Assembly: GCA_043228905.1 (NCBI GenBank)
Contig: JBHGNT010000017.1
Location: forward strand, 806,001-870,000
Source of the DNA: Azolla caroliniana
Taxonomy: Eukaryota > Plantae > Polypodiophyta
Length of the DNA: 64,000 nt
Direction: 5' to 3'
In this document: positions 12,537 through 24,897 of the stretch, piece after piece
Position numbering within the stretch: the stretch's first letter is position 1
Layout: every line of letters starts with the position of its first letter
Made by a program: the position numbers and the translations under genes
Notes under the pieces: generated by a model
Database searches by the model: none
What the model saw: only the letters and a program-made list of their open reading frames with translations
What the model was told of the DNA's origin: nothing

Positions 12537-12928
12537 TGTCAGGTCCATAGCCAAAGACAAGTTTAAAGTGACGAAGAGAATGAGAAGTGGAAAATAAAAG
12601 AGGAATGAGAGAGAAATAAAAAGATTTTGATAATGTATTAACAATCAGAACAAGGGTTACAAGAGTATGCCGAAGGTTGGCATTGAATTAGAATGGCTCA
12701 TCAATACCTAGATACATGTTTATATGGCATGCTTTGGCTAGCCACCTCATAGACACACATGATGGCTACTTGGCATTCATGCAAGCATAATACTTGGCAT
12801 TTATGCAAGCATGACGCTTGGTAATCATGCGTTAGCCTATGTGATGACTTCATTTCATATAAATGTATTCATCTAATGGAAATGTGTCTTAGTGGTTTTA
12901 TCTTATATTGCAATATAATACTTTTACA
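12537..12928 (-). repeat. probable LTR of another element
   Basis: TG...CA segment that interrupts the copia RT, followed by ATACTCTCTCTC (PPT-like on the minus strand). Confidence 0.4.
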
Positions 12929-12944
12929 ATACTCTCTCTCGTTC

Positions 12945-13533
12945 CGGTTGGATGCAAGATATAGAAAAATGGTTTGGTAGATGGGATGCGAGACACTTGC
13001 TTCATGATGCATCACTAGATTCCCCTATAAATGAGGCCTTTTTGCAGCGCCAATGTATCATGACATGGGACAAATGTGGAGGCTCACGCTTCACACATTA
13101 TACTACACATGTTGCACCTAACTACAAAACCATATTCTTTGTGGAACGGGGAAACCGTACACATCGATACATGTTAGAGCCCATCCCGTTATCTGTTATT
13201 CGAACCATTGCTTCCATGTGACTTAGCTCACATGCATTGTGATGTGAGACAGGGCATTGGGGCACAAGTGATGAGAATGGTCGGCTATGCACACTCTGCC
13301 CTAAACAAGTTCACGAGTCAGAGTATCACACTTTGATACAATGCCCTGCCTTTGACAATATTCGACCATGCTTTCCATTTCTCTTTGACCGAGCCCAATC
13401 TTTGCACGAATTTCTCTCACAACCACAATGTGCACTCTCGATTGCAACATTCATTGGTAAAGTTCTTGAACATCAACAATCACTACTCACTTTCACACGT
13501 ATCACGTTAAATGTAATATTGTTGGTCTCATAG
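12945..13533 (+). pseudogene. LINE ORF2 C-terminal fragment
   Basis: CETGHWG...RLCTLCPKQVHESEYHTLIQCPAFDNIR is the C-terminal CCHC-type motif of non-LTR ORF2. Confidence 0.7.
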
Positions 13534-13569
13534 GTCATATTTGACCTCCGAAGAAGATAATATAATCTA

Positions 13570-13882
13570 GGGAAAAGTACTAGGATACCCCTGGAAGTTC
13601 GTCTATTTACCAGAATGCCCCTGGAAGTTCCAAATTTACCAAACTACCCTTATGTCCAAAAAATTACACTTTATAAAGTAATTATACACTCAAATATTTG
13701 GTAAATAGGGCTAGTTCGGCTCCATTTCTTCCATCATTGGTAAATAGGGTTTGTAGATTTGAGTGTATAATTACTTTATAAAGTGTAATTTTCTGGACAT
13801 AAGGGTATTTTGGTAATTTTGGAACTTCCAGGGGCATTCTGGTAAATAGACGAACTTCCAAGGGTATCCTGGTACTTTTCCA
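13570..13882. mobile_element. Mutator-type MITE (313 bp)
   Basis: About 125-bp terminal inverted repeats (GGAAAAGTAC...GTACTTTTCC) and a 9-bp TSD TATAATCTA at 13561-13569 and 13883-13891. Confidence 0.9.
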
Positions 13883-14050
13883 TATAATCTATCTATTTAT
13901 CTCTATCTCTCTCACTCTCTCTCTGTCTTGACAATGAATACTCTCTCTCTCTCTTTCTCTTTTATTTTGGTAAAAGCACACAATTATATTAATTGTATGT
14001 AAAATCCACTTAGTTACAACACTTCTTAGTCTCCTCTACTTATCATATGC

Positions 14051-15234
14051 CTATGTAGGGAGAGGGACATTCTGTAATGCTACTAAAAAACCTGAATATG
14101 CATTTGAGGAAATGATCCCCACATGCTCTAACATCCAAAAATTCCACATGAGAATACCTTTAAGCTTCTTTATATAGGCTTTCACCCCACGTCTATTATC
14201 AAACATGAAAGCATTACGCATATTCCAATTGTGTTGTAGACCCCAATAACTTAAAAATTGGAACAATATCTCCATCTCATCATTTGATCCATTTTGAACA
14301 TATTGAGAGAAAACCCATTATTGAGGTCTCAAACAACGGGTTAAAACTTGCCAAATGTCCGATAAGTACTTCCAAATGCTACACACTATAGGACATTTAA
14401 TGAACCTATGTGTACTATCCTCCAATGGAACGTTGCAAAAGAAACAAGTGCCAGACCTTAGTCCTGGTCTCTTTAAGGACGAACCTAATGGGAGCCCACC
14501 AATCATGACTCTCCATATGAATACCTTTGCACAAAATGGTAGATGGGAATACCAACCACGTTGTAATATTTTCCACCACCTTGCATCTGGCTTATATACA
14601 TTCCACAACTTCATTGCTTTAGGAGATAGCCAAGATAATGATGCCATCGCATGATGATACAATATATTTGTAGTGACATGTAACAACCGTGTACCATCTT
14701 GTAACCGCCAATCTACCTAAGGTGCAAAATTGGTTTTCAATGGCAAAGATCCTTGCAACAATGGTATATCATGTAATTTCTCCCAAATAAATCCATAATT
14801 TTGGGGAATACATAACATCTCTTGGCATCTTCAAAATCCGACAACCTTTGACATTCATTATCAACCACATCTTCCAAATGTACAATCCCCAATCGAAATA
14901 AACAATTGAATTGAGATCTCAACTTCTCTTTCCCATGCCAAAATAACACTCGAGAAGAAAGAAGCAATTTGTTTTTAATGAGTTACAATATGCTCGATCA
15001 CTTGATGGTCCCCATTCAAAAAGAGATAATGCATCTTGCCACGATCTTACCAAATGTTGTCCGCATACACAATGTCAAATATTTAGAGGAATACTTACAG
15101 TCAGTAGTGACCACCATGATGCTTGAATCTTTGTTTTCCCATGCACCAATCCTTCGTGCTCAATAAAATATTGCATCATAGATATCCATGGTTGATCTTG
15201 TTGACATATATCTCGTAATAATGTAAATCTATGA
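14051..15234 (-). pseudogene. L1-like LINE ORF2 3' fragment (zf-RVT region)
   Basis: KVFIWRVMIGGLPLGSSLKRPGLRSGTCFFCNVPLEDSTHRFIKCPIVCSIW. Confidence 0.8.
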
Positions 15235-15757
15235 TGTCGCGAAGTTTCGCGCGCATGTGTTACTTGGGCGGGACCACGAGTGTTTTGGACTAGGGAGTAC
15301 TCAAGGGATAAATAAATATTTATTTATTTATTTTAAATCTTATAAATATAAAGCACTCTTAGAACCCACTCTATGAATCCTCTCTAATAATCCTCTCTAC
15401 GAATCCTCACTCTATGAACTCTCTCTACGAACCCACTCTACGAACTCTCTCTACAAATCCTCGCTACGAACCCACTCTACGAATCCTCTCTTCGAACCCG
15501 CTTTGCAAACTTAAGTCGAAGTAATCGTTGTGTCTTAAGTTATCTCGTCGTAATACCCTTTGGTGAAGTGTCTTCTGGAGACACCCTGTGTTAGGCCATT
15601 GTCCGGACCTAAGGATTAACAGAGTTTTTGGCGACCACGATTCCTGCACAATCGCAGCGAACAATGGCGGGAATGGATGATGCGACCAACGAACGACCCG
15701 GTTACGGAGCGAGCAAGGCGACTTGCTGAACGACTGAGGAAGCGAGAGGCTTTCCAA
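15051..15757. repeat. internally deleted tandem duplicate of the neighbouring segment
   Basis: 15051-15505 matches about 15754-16230, and 15511-15757 matches about 19001-19247. Confidence 0.88.
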
Positions 15758-15938
15758 ATGTTGTCCACATACACAATGTCAAATATTTAGAGGAATACTT
15801 ACAGTCAATAGTGACCACTATGATGCTTGAATCTTTGTTTTCCCATGCACCAATCCTTCGTGCTCAATAAAATATTGCATCATAGATATCCATGGTTGAT
15901 CTTGTTGACATATATCTCGTAATAATGTAAATCTACGA

Positions 15939-18676
15939 TGTCGCGAAGTTTCGCGCACATGTGTTACTTGGGCGGGACCATGAGGGTCTTGGACTAGGGA
16001 GTACTCAAGGGATAAATAAATATTTATTTATTTATTTTAAATCTTATAAATATAAAGCACTCTTAGAACCCACTCTATGAATCCTCTCTAATAATCCTCT
16101 CTACGAATCCTCACTCTACGAACTCTCTCTACGAACCCACTCTACGAACTCTCTCTACGAACTCTCTCTACGAACTCTCTCTATGAATCCTCTCTATGAA
16201 CCCACTCTACGAATCCTCTCTTGGAACCCGCTCTACAAACTCTCTCTATGAACTCTCTCTAAGAATCCTCTCTATGAACCCACTGTACGAATCCTCTCTT
16301 CGAACCCACTCTACGAACTCTCTCTATGAACTCTCTCTACGAACCCACTCTACGAATCCTCTCTTTGAACCCGCTCTACGAACTCTCTCTACGAACCCAC
16401 TCTACGAATCCTCTCTTCGAACCCACTCTACGAACTCTCTTTACGAATCCTCTCTACGAAAGAAAGAGAGAAGAAAGAAACACAAATGATATCGGCCAAA
16501 GAAATAAATACGTGTTCGATTCCAACGCTAGAGGACCCTTTATAAAATAGGGTTAGATTACAATGGCAACTTCTAGTCAACCACAAGCTCGATGAAAACA
16601 TAAATACTAAATGCCCTTAGAGACAAGAGCAAATCCGAACACGACGAAGATGAACACACGAGCACCACCACAATGCTAACCCCAACGAACCACGACCACC
16701 CGAACGGCAAGCACACTGGCTTGCAATGACGAATGGGGCGAAGCAATGTCGATGCAACGAAGCTTGGGCTCATGAGCACTTCGAGTGCCGACATGAAGAA
16801 GAAGAGCACGTTGCGATGAGGGGATGAAGGGGTATGAGATGAAGAGAAGTGGTGGAGAAGAAGATGAAGAGTTGCGAAGGAAAAATGGCGATAGTCTCCT
16901 CCTCCCAAAACGTCCTCCCTAATGAGCCCCCCTCGACCTCCTTTTATAGGAAAAAAAGAAGGGGGGTCGCCAATTTTGTCTTCAATGCAAAAGGAATAAA
17001 ATTCCTTAAATCACGCTACATTGTAAGACTAGATTTGAACCGTGCACCTCTAGCTAGAAGTCAATGTGACTCTCCACTAGCCCATTAACTCTCTCTTATA
17101 TAATATGTAATTCTATCTCTATAAATTCGTAGCCTGTCTCCCCTCTCTCTTACTTTTTACACGAGCTTCTATACATCATTTCCACCATTTTCTTTTGCAT
17201 GTGCACAATTAATTGCCTTTGTGTGCACACGCATTGCACATGCACATTTTGACCCCCCCCCCCCCTTTCGCAAGTTATTCCCACTCTCCAGCACGCCACA
17301 TCACGACATCCACCCCCACCAAACCGCACATCCTCTGGTATGTGCCAAGAATGGCGGGCTGAGGGTGGTCAATAGTTCATTTCCTCTTCCTTATTGACCC
17401 CGTGGCTTGTTGTTTGCTCGCCTTTATCTTCGTCAAGGTCATCGAGGTTTGGCTCCCTATCGTGTCGCCTTTTGAAGATTTTGACCCACTTCCTTGCTAT
17501 TGGTACTGCTAGCTTAGTCCCATCAAGTTCAGCGAGGTGGTAGGTAGCATTATCGTTTGCACTCGTTACCACGTACGGCCCAAACCATCGCTTTGCGAAT
17601 TTTCGCATCGAACTATGTTGATTGTCGAGACTGCTATCATACACAATCACCCAGTCTCCTTCTTCGATCTTCTGAGGGCGTAGTCGGTGTGTCTTGTCGA
17701 ACCAGGCTTTGTTACTTAGCCTAGTCGCTTCTAACCTCCTCTTTGCCAACTCCAAGTCTTGGGGTCTTCTCTCAAGTTTCCTTATCCTCGTTGCTAGAAG
17801 CTCTTCTCGACTCATCTCATTTTCCCACGATATCACTACCCATGACACGATCGTGTCTTCAATGGGCATCACCGGCTTTTGTCCGTACATGAGTTCAGCT
17901 AGCATGAAACCTGTAACTGAGCTATGAGTTGTTCTGTCGGCCCACAAGACATAAGGTAGTAACTGAGGCCAATTCCCGACTCGCCCATCGCAAGCTCTTA
18001 CAATGGCTTTTACGATAGGCCCATGTCCGCGTTCTATCTTTCCATTAGCCTCCGGGTTATAAGCCTTCGTGAGAGAGAGCTTCACTCCAAGTCATTCAAA
18101 GAGCTCTGTAGCTTCGTGAGCGTTCAACTCTCCTCTGTCGGCCACTATCTTTCCCACACATCCGTACCGGCAGATGACATCCTCGAGTAATAATTTACAC
18201 ACCCCCGCTGTCGTTTTGTTTGCCAAGGCTTGCGCTTCTACTTGGTTTGTTAGGTCTTCTCTTGCTAGCACCAAGTATTTCATTTGGCCCACTCCCATCG
18301 GCATTGAAACCAAATTCACCATCCATTTGAAGTGTATGGTGAGTGGGTAGGTCAGGTGCAACTCATCCCTATGGCGTATGTTGGAGTGTATCTGGCAGCT
18401 TTCACACGTCCCCACGAAATGGGTGACATCCTTGTACATTCCCGGCCACCAATACTTCTCCTTTAACTTCTCTAATGTTGCCCATGTTCCTCTATGGTCC
18501 GCCCAAGGACTCTCGTGGAACTCAGACACCAATGTTGTTTTGTCCCCTTCCTTTATGACCACTCGTTGTGGCATCCCCGTCCTCCTCTTTGGGTGCCTCT
18601 AGAGGAATCCCCCTCGTAGGAAGTACTTGTACGCTTTCTTTCGGACTCTCTATGCTTCCTCCTTCGACCATGAACT
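15939..18676 (-). mobile_element. Gypsy-E (TGTCG lineage): integrase, PPT and 1.37-kb 3' LTR (15939-17308), truncated by Gypsy-C
   Basis: ORFs 18092-18574 and 17369-18085 are homologous to the integrase at 30300-31484 (CESC, VADRGEL, KIERGH, WFGPY). PPT at 17309-17329. Outer flank ACGA. Confidence 0.9.
16065..16459. repeat. short-unit minisatellite inside the Gypsy-E LTR
   Basis: Many variants of CTCTACGAA interleaved with CCCA, TCCT or CTCT. Confidence 0.9.
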
Positions 18677-19166
18677 TGTTACCCGGCCGACCAGAATGTG
18701 AAAAGGGATGGTTATTCGGAATATATTTAATTAAGTAGATTAGATTATAATTATGTAGTGAACAGACGGACCAGAATCGGTATGCCGATCCAGATCCGGA
18801 CCGATTCCGAACAGGTGCCGGTTGGCATCGTTTTGTACGCAGCACCGGTGACCTATATAAAGACCCGATTACAATGTATAAATCTAACGGAGAATTAATA
18901 TAAGCTTCTTGGTTTTACCTTCACGTATTGATCACCGTTCTGAATTAATTGTTATATCTTACGCGTGTATTAAGTGTATGCCTTATTGTTAAGTAGCTAA
19001 TTAAGTCGAAGTAATCGTTGTGTCTTAAATTATCTCGCCGTAACACCCTTTGGTGAAGTGTCTTCTGGAGACACCCTGTGTTAGGCCATTGTCCGACCCT
19101 AAGGATTAACAGAGTTTTTGGCGACCACGATTCCTGCACAATCGTAGCGAACAGTGGCGGGAATGG

Positions 19167-21128
19167 ATGATGCGACCAACGAACGACCCGGTTACGGAGC
19201 GAGCAAGGCGACTTGCTGAACGACTGAGGAAGCGAGAGGCTTTCCAACAAGCGGCAAAAGAAATCAGAGTGGATCGCTCATTTTCGAAAGTGATCCGGAG
19301 AGTGGCCAAGGAATCACTTCGGCTACCACAAAACGCCTACCTGGACAAAGGAAGCAGTCTACGCAGCCTTTGGGAAGCAGAATCCCTTCTTCAGGCATTG
19401 GTAGTGGGGGAAGGCGAATCCGAAGCATTTTCGGCATTTGAATCAGGTTTGACACCCCAGGCGGACCAGAGGATGAGGAGTCGGATACCTTTGCCGACAC
19501 CAGAACCCGAATCGACAAGGCTGGAAACTCCGGTACCAGAAGTTGACCACACTCCGGAACCAGAATTCGATGACGAGAGACCTCCGACACCGGAAGTCGA
19601 GGAGGAGAAGCCTCCAACACCACAAGAGGAGCAAGAAAGACCTCTGACGGCGACAGAAGACCGGGGAAAACCTCCATCACCACCAAAGGAGGAACGACCA
19701 CCGACACCACCATCCCGTGTACCGACACCGAACGACGATATGTCGTTCCAATATCCCAAATACCGGGATGATCCAGACGTGGAAGCCCACGTCCATGCGT
19801 TTCAGCAGACCTGGGAAGCGAACCATGTGACCCAACGCTTAAATACAGTCGAAGAGGAACGCTCAAAACGAGCAGAGTTCGGCATGACCTTGGAGGGACC
19901 GGCCGCCAGATGGCACCGAACACAGATTCCCAGCACCATCCCCACATTCGAAACATTAAAGACAAAATTCTTGCATTTCTTCCACAAGGAGATGGACCAA
20001 CGGGAAATGGTCGGCTTATTTTACAGTATCCCGCAGGAACCAACGGAGAACATCCAACAGTTTGTCATCCGGTTCCAGCGGATACACAGTCAACTCAACG
20101 GACACCACCGGAGGAAGAAACAAAGGCCATATTCTTAGCAGCATTCCGGGAACCCTTACGGACGGTGTGCACCGTCATCGATTTCCGCACTAGCAGCATA
20201 GATCAAGTTATTGATCGAGTTCGGGAAATGGAAAACTCGAGTTCATGGCTAACCATGGGCGCACTTCAGCGTACGCTACCGACAAAAGAGGATCTCCATT
20301 TCCAACAAGCAGTTCAATGTACGATATGCCTGAATGTCGGACATTCAGCGCTTGAATGCACCATGCGTGCCCAATGCTTGCTCTGCCACTCCAGAAGTCA
20401 CACAATGGAACGGTGTGAGTGTAACTTGTTAAATCGACAAGCACCACCGGTCCGGCAAATTGAGCCACAGAGCAACCAAGAGGAAGAAGAAGAATGTTGG
20501 TGGCGAGAGGAACGCTACCAACTGGCATAAGATGTCTGGTACAACGACCGAAGAGATGCGTATGACCGGTATGAAAGACAGGATATATATCGGGACTATA
20601 ATGGACGGTATGAAAGATATAATCGGGATCATTCCCCTAGTTACAACCACCGACGAGACGACTATGGCAAGGATGACGACCAGCCACGTCAAGGATACCG
20701 CAACAAAAAGAATTTCAATAAGAAATGTCATTTCAACAAAAAGGGGGGTCATCCACGAGAACCGGAAAAGGGCGCTCCAAGCAGCCAACCAGACCAAAAC
20801 CAAGCACTTGCCCCTGGTCCGCCACCAAGCACACACACCGAATCCAGCAACGCCCGGAAGCCGTACTGCTATTATTGCCGGCAAGAGGGCCACTATAGTA
20901 ATCAATGTCCGGCGAAGAGCTACGATAAGCGACCAACGGTGAACATGGTAGACGCGGAAGTCGCGGACCTAGAACAAGTCACTACAAGGTCAAAAGGCAA
21001 AGCCACGGAGTGGGAAACTCAAGAAGCCATCCGGAAGCAGGCAACCGAATGGGTGAAGAAGGCAAATGAACGAAATGCGGCCGAGCTCGAACAACAAAAG
21101 GAGAATGCCAAAGAGCTCACCGGCACGG
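19167..21128 (+). pseudogene. Gypsy-C gag (frameshifted)
   Basis: Pro/Glu-rich N-terminus, Gag core YPKYRDDPDVEAHVHAF, knuckles CTICLNVGHSALEC, CLLCHSRSHTMERC and CYYCRQEGHYSNQC. Confidence 0.85.
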
Positions 21129-21923
21129 TGTCGCATCATTATGCGCGTGTGTGTAGAAGGGGCGAGACCACGGGGGTCTTGTACTAGGGAGTGGAGGAGA
21201 AAGAATGAGACACAAAATGGAAGCTTAGCTCAAGAGGAGGTGAGAAAGAATAAGGCAATAACATAGAATAGACGGGGCAAGATGCTCAACAAGTTAGCTT
21301 AAGGAAACATAAACGCTTTACAATAGTGGCCGCCATGGCCGCACCAAACGACTATGAGAAGAACCCTAAAGGAAAACCCAACATCCGCCCCCACCAAACC
21401 GCACATCCGCCCCCACCAAGGAGAAGAGGTGAGATTTTTTCGGCCATGGTGATAAACCGAGGTCCGTCGTGTCCTCGTTGGCCTTGCTCGGGTTCATTTT
21501 CCATTTCGAGCACGCCCATCCCTTCCACACGAACCGTCGTAGCATCCCGTTCCACCGTATCCGTTGCACGTCCTGGAGCCGACGGATCCAACGGATCCAC
21601 CACGTCCACCGTGTGTCCCCGAAACATCGACTCCATCCAAACCGTCATATCCATCGCACGTGCCTTCCTCCCCGGTCAGTCCTCCCGAATGCCATTGCCG
21701 ATCCGGTCACTCTTTCTTTGTCCGCCACGTAGGTCCTCCAATTAGGCCCTCGGTCACCCCGTTTGCTCGCCGGATTCCGCCCCTCGCGTACCGCTTGTGT
21801 TCTATCTCCGGCTCGATCCTCTCTTTGTCTCGAACACCTCGTGCCGATTCCCTCCGTTCCGCGCTCACCTTCCATAGGCTCTTTCCGTGTGCCCTTGTTG
21901 TCTCCCGAACATGCGCTCGTTCT

Positions 21924-24181
21924 TCAGTCCCTCAGTGACCTCATTACGCGCTCCTTGCCTCTCCTTTGCCTGTCGTGCTCTCTCGCCGTAGAGTGTACCG
22001 TCATCCCGACCTCCGTGTCAGTGTCCCTCGAGGCTCTCGTTACCACCTTGCCTTGACTTGCGCCCTCTTGGCCCGCTTGGCCTTGCATGCCCTCCGGGAA
22101 GCCGCCGCATTTTCTCTTCCCGGTGTGTACCCCGTTGTTCTCCGCACACCATCCTTCGCTCTCGCCACCCATCCGCCGATCCCGGCACCTTACGGCTTCG
22201 TCTCTCGCCGCTTGCTTGCCTCTCAAAAGCTCGACCGGTTCGCCGTTGCCGGTCACTCGTTGCCGCTCTTCCGGGTGCATGCTTACTTCTTGGCCCTTCG
22301 CCGGCCGTAGTGCATGCTTCGTATTACGCACCTCATCTGTTGTAGACCCGACCTCCGCGCCGGTCTCTTCGTCCTTTGTTGCCGTAGCCCCTTCCGACTC
22401 CGGCTTGCCGTCTGGACCGTGCTCGTCCGTCTTCACGTACCGGGCACCCGTTCTGGTAGCCTCATCCATTCCGGTCTCCGACTCCTCACCGCCACCCGCC
22501 GTCTCTTCAGACTTATGTTGATCCATAACCGCCGAAGTCTCAAGAATAGGTGTGCAGAGTTCCTCTTGCTCTCGGTCTTCCGCCGAGCCGTAATCACCGT
22601 GCTTGGTTAGCTTCCTTCTCCCGCGCACCGGCTCCCACCGGGTGTTGTGGCCCGTTCGCCTCGACCTCCAATCATGCCGACTTAGTCTTCGCCCAGATCG
22701 GTCTCGGCCGATCGAATTCCTGTTTGGTCGGCTCCCTTCCGTAATCGTAACCGGTCGGTACATGTTTGTCCGCACAAATCCGGCCTTGCCGGCTCTTCTT
22801 CGGTTCGGGCCTGGTTGACCGGACCCCGCTCCAATCTTCTTCTGTCTCGTCTTCCGATCGTGTTGGATTATTGACCGGTTCATCTTCCGGTCGGGTCGGT
22901 TCCCGACTCTCTTCTCTTTGCTGCTCCCGACCTCTCTGTTGGTCCTCTTGTATACGCCCGTTCTGGGCCTCGCATCCTCATCGCCAATGCCCTTCTCTCC
23001 GGTCTCATGTTGGCATTCTAGCACAATCGTCGTATTCTCCGGCCCCAGTGTCGAGGGGTCTCTCCTCCGTCCGCTATGACCTTCCTCGTCGTCGTTTCGA
23101 TCGTCCGCTTCTACCGCAGCCACATTCAGTCTCTCCGGTCTCATGTGGGCTCTCGGGGCCGTCCGCCGAAGTCTCTAGAATAGGCGTCGAAAAAACCCCG
23201 GTACCGTTACTCGCCGATGGCACGTTCGTAGCCACCTTCGTTTGAACGCCGGAGGTTGGTCCATGGCTATCTCTTCCTCGTTCTCCTCGTCGTCGTCTTG
23301 GTCTCGGTTGGCCGCCTTGGCGTCGCCACCACCCGTCTCTCTAGGACTCACGCCAGCACTCGGGCCGACCGCCGGAGCCTCTAGGATCGGTGTGGGTAAG
23401 GACCCGGCATCACCGCTCGTTGTGTCCGTAGCCGCCTCCGTTCGGACGTCGTTGTCCGCGGCTCCCCCATCTCCGATTCCGCAAGCCTCGATTATGCTTG
23501 CCGCCCCTTCTTCCTCGTTTTCCTTGCCGTTGTCTTGGTTGCCCTCCTTGTCGCCGCCACCGCCCGTCGCTCTAGGTCTCACGCCGGCACTCGGGCCGGC
23601 TGTCGGAGCCTCTAGGACCGGTGTGGGTAAGGACCCGACACCCCCACTTGTTGTGTCCGTAGCCGCTTCTATACGGACGTCGTTGTCCGTGGCTACCCCT
23701 CCTCCAATCGCGCAAGCCTCGATTACGCTTGCCGCCGTCCCTTCCATGTTGTCGTCTCAGCTGCCTGCCTTGCCGCCGCCACCGCCCGTCACTCTAGGTC
23801 TCATGCCGGCACTCGGGCCGACCGCCGGAGCCATTAGGGCCGGTGTGGGTAAGGTCGTGACATTGCCGCTTGTCTCCTCCCCACTCGATGGTTCGGGCCG
23901 CCATGTCCCGAATCCGTAGTTACCGGCCTCCATGGCCGTCCCTTCACCGCAAGGCAAGAGGGTCGCTTGCTCCACACCCTCTCCCATGTCGCCGTCTCAC
24001 GCTCTTTCGGCCTCCGCATAGGCCCCGTCCTCCACGCGTAGGGAGGCTTCTTCCTCCGCATCCTTCAATCTGCTTGGGGCGAACTCCGTAATAAGCCCTT
24101 CCTCGGCTTCGAAATTCACCTTCACGCTCTCGCACGCCTCCCATACCCACGCCTCGAAGTCGTACTCCTCCGGTTGATCGC
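21924..24181 (-). pseudogene. distal part of the Gypsy-B ORF: acidic, Gly/Ala/Thr-rich repeat region
   Basis: Joins 32271-32721 in frame (KSLT|RDQPEE) once Gypsy-H is removed. In-frame TGA at 23997 and 23757. Confidence 0.65.
23130..23880. repeat. about 220-230-bp tandem repeats (3 clear copies plus degenerate ones)
   Basis: CTAGG..TCACGCC.GCACTCGGGCCG..GTGTGGGTAAGG recurs near 23341, 23572 and 23794; peptide LPTPxLxAPxxGPSAG. Confidence 0.85.
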
Positions 24182-24897
24182 GCGTTGTCGTGAAGAAAAC
24201 CGTCCCCAGGCGCAAACCGTGTATAGCGTGTGTAAACCAGCCCTTACACGTGGGCACGCCCCTTGTGGTACAGTAGATAGGTAGGCACAAAGGTCAGATC
24301 CTAGGTAGCAATATTCTATAGGGAGAATCGAGGAGTATCTCTGTCCGAAAGGAAAGAGAATTAATGTGATGTAAACGGGCAAAGCGGCCTCCCTCCTTGA
24401 GCTATAAAAGAGAGGGAGACGGGGGAGAGAGGGGTATCACGCGCTAGAAGGAACGAAGTGTTGTCGAACTGGGACCAAGGTCTTCTTCTCTGTCGTTCTC
24501 CATAGCTTTCTTTTGCGCAGCTTCTCAGGAGGCTGATTCTGCTCTGTGGAACGCCCGTGTGCTTCCGGTAGAATCTCCATCTTGCTCTCCTGTGTGCGTG
24601 GGGTGATCAGGCGTCGGCATCTACCTCGCCGACCTGATCGGTTGTAACCGTTCGAGTCATCTCCATACTTACAAATACATGCCTATATTTACATACATAC
24701 TCTAGTGTTCTCAACTCGTGTCTCCTGTGTTGTTGTGCCGCGTCCCCGTGCGCTTCTTTGTCTATACGTGAGTGAGCGTCTCTCTCTCTCTCTCTCTCCC
24801 TCTTTCCTCACCTATTCCTCGGTCCAAGACCCCAATGGTCCCGCCTTGTTCTCCACGCACGCGCGTAACAACGCGACATTTTTGGTGAACCCGACGT

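Noticed and set aside
19264-24400. Many overlapping ORFs in alternative frames and on the antisense strand
   Set aside because: Expected shadows of GC-rich transposon coding sequence; no domains recognised.
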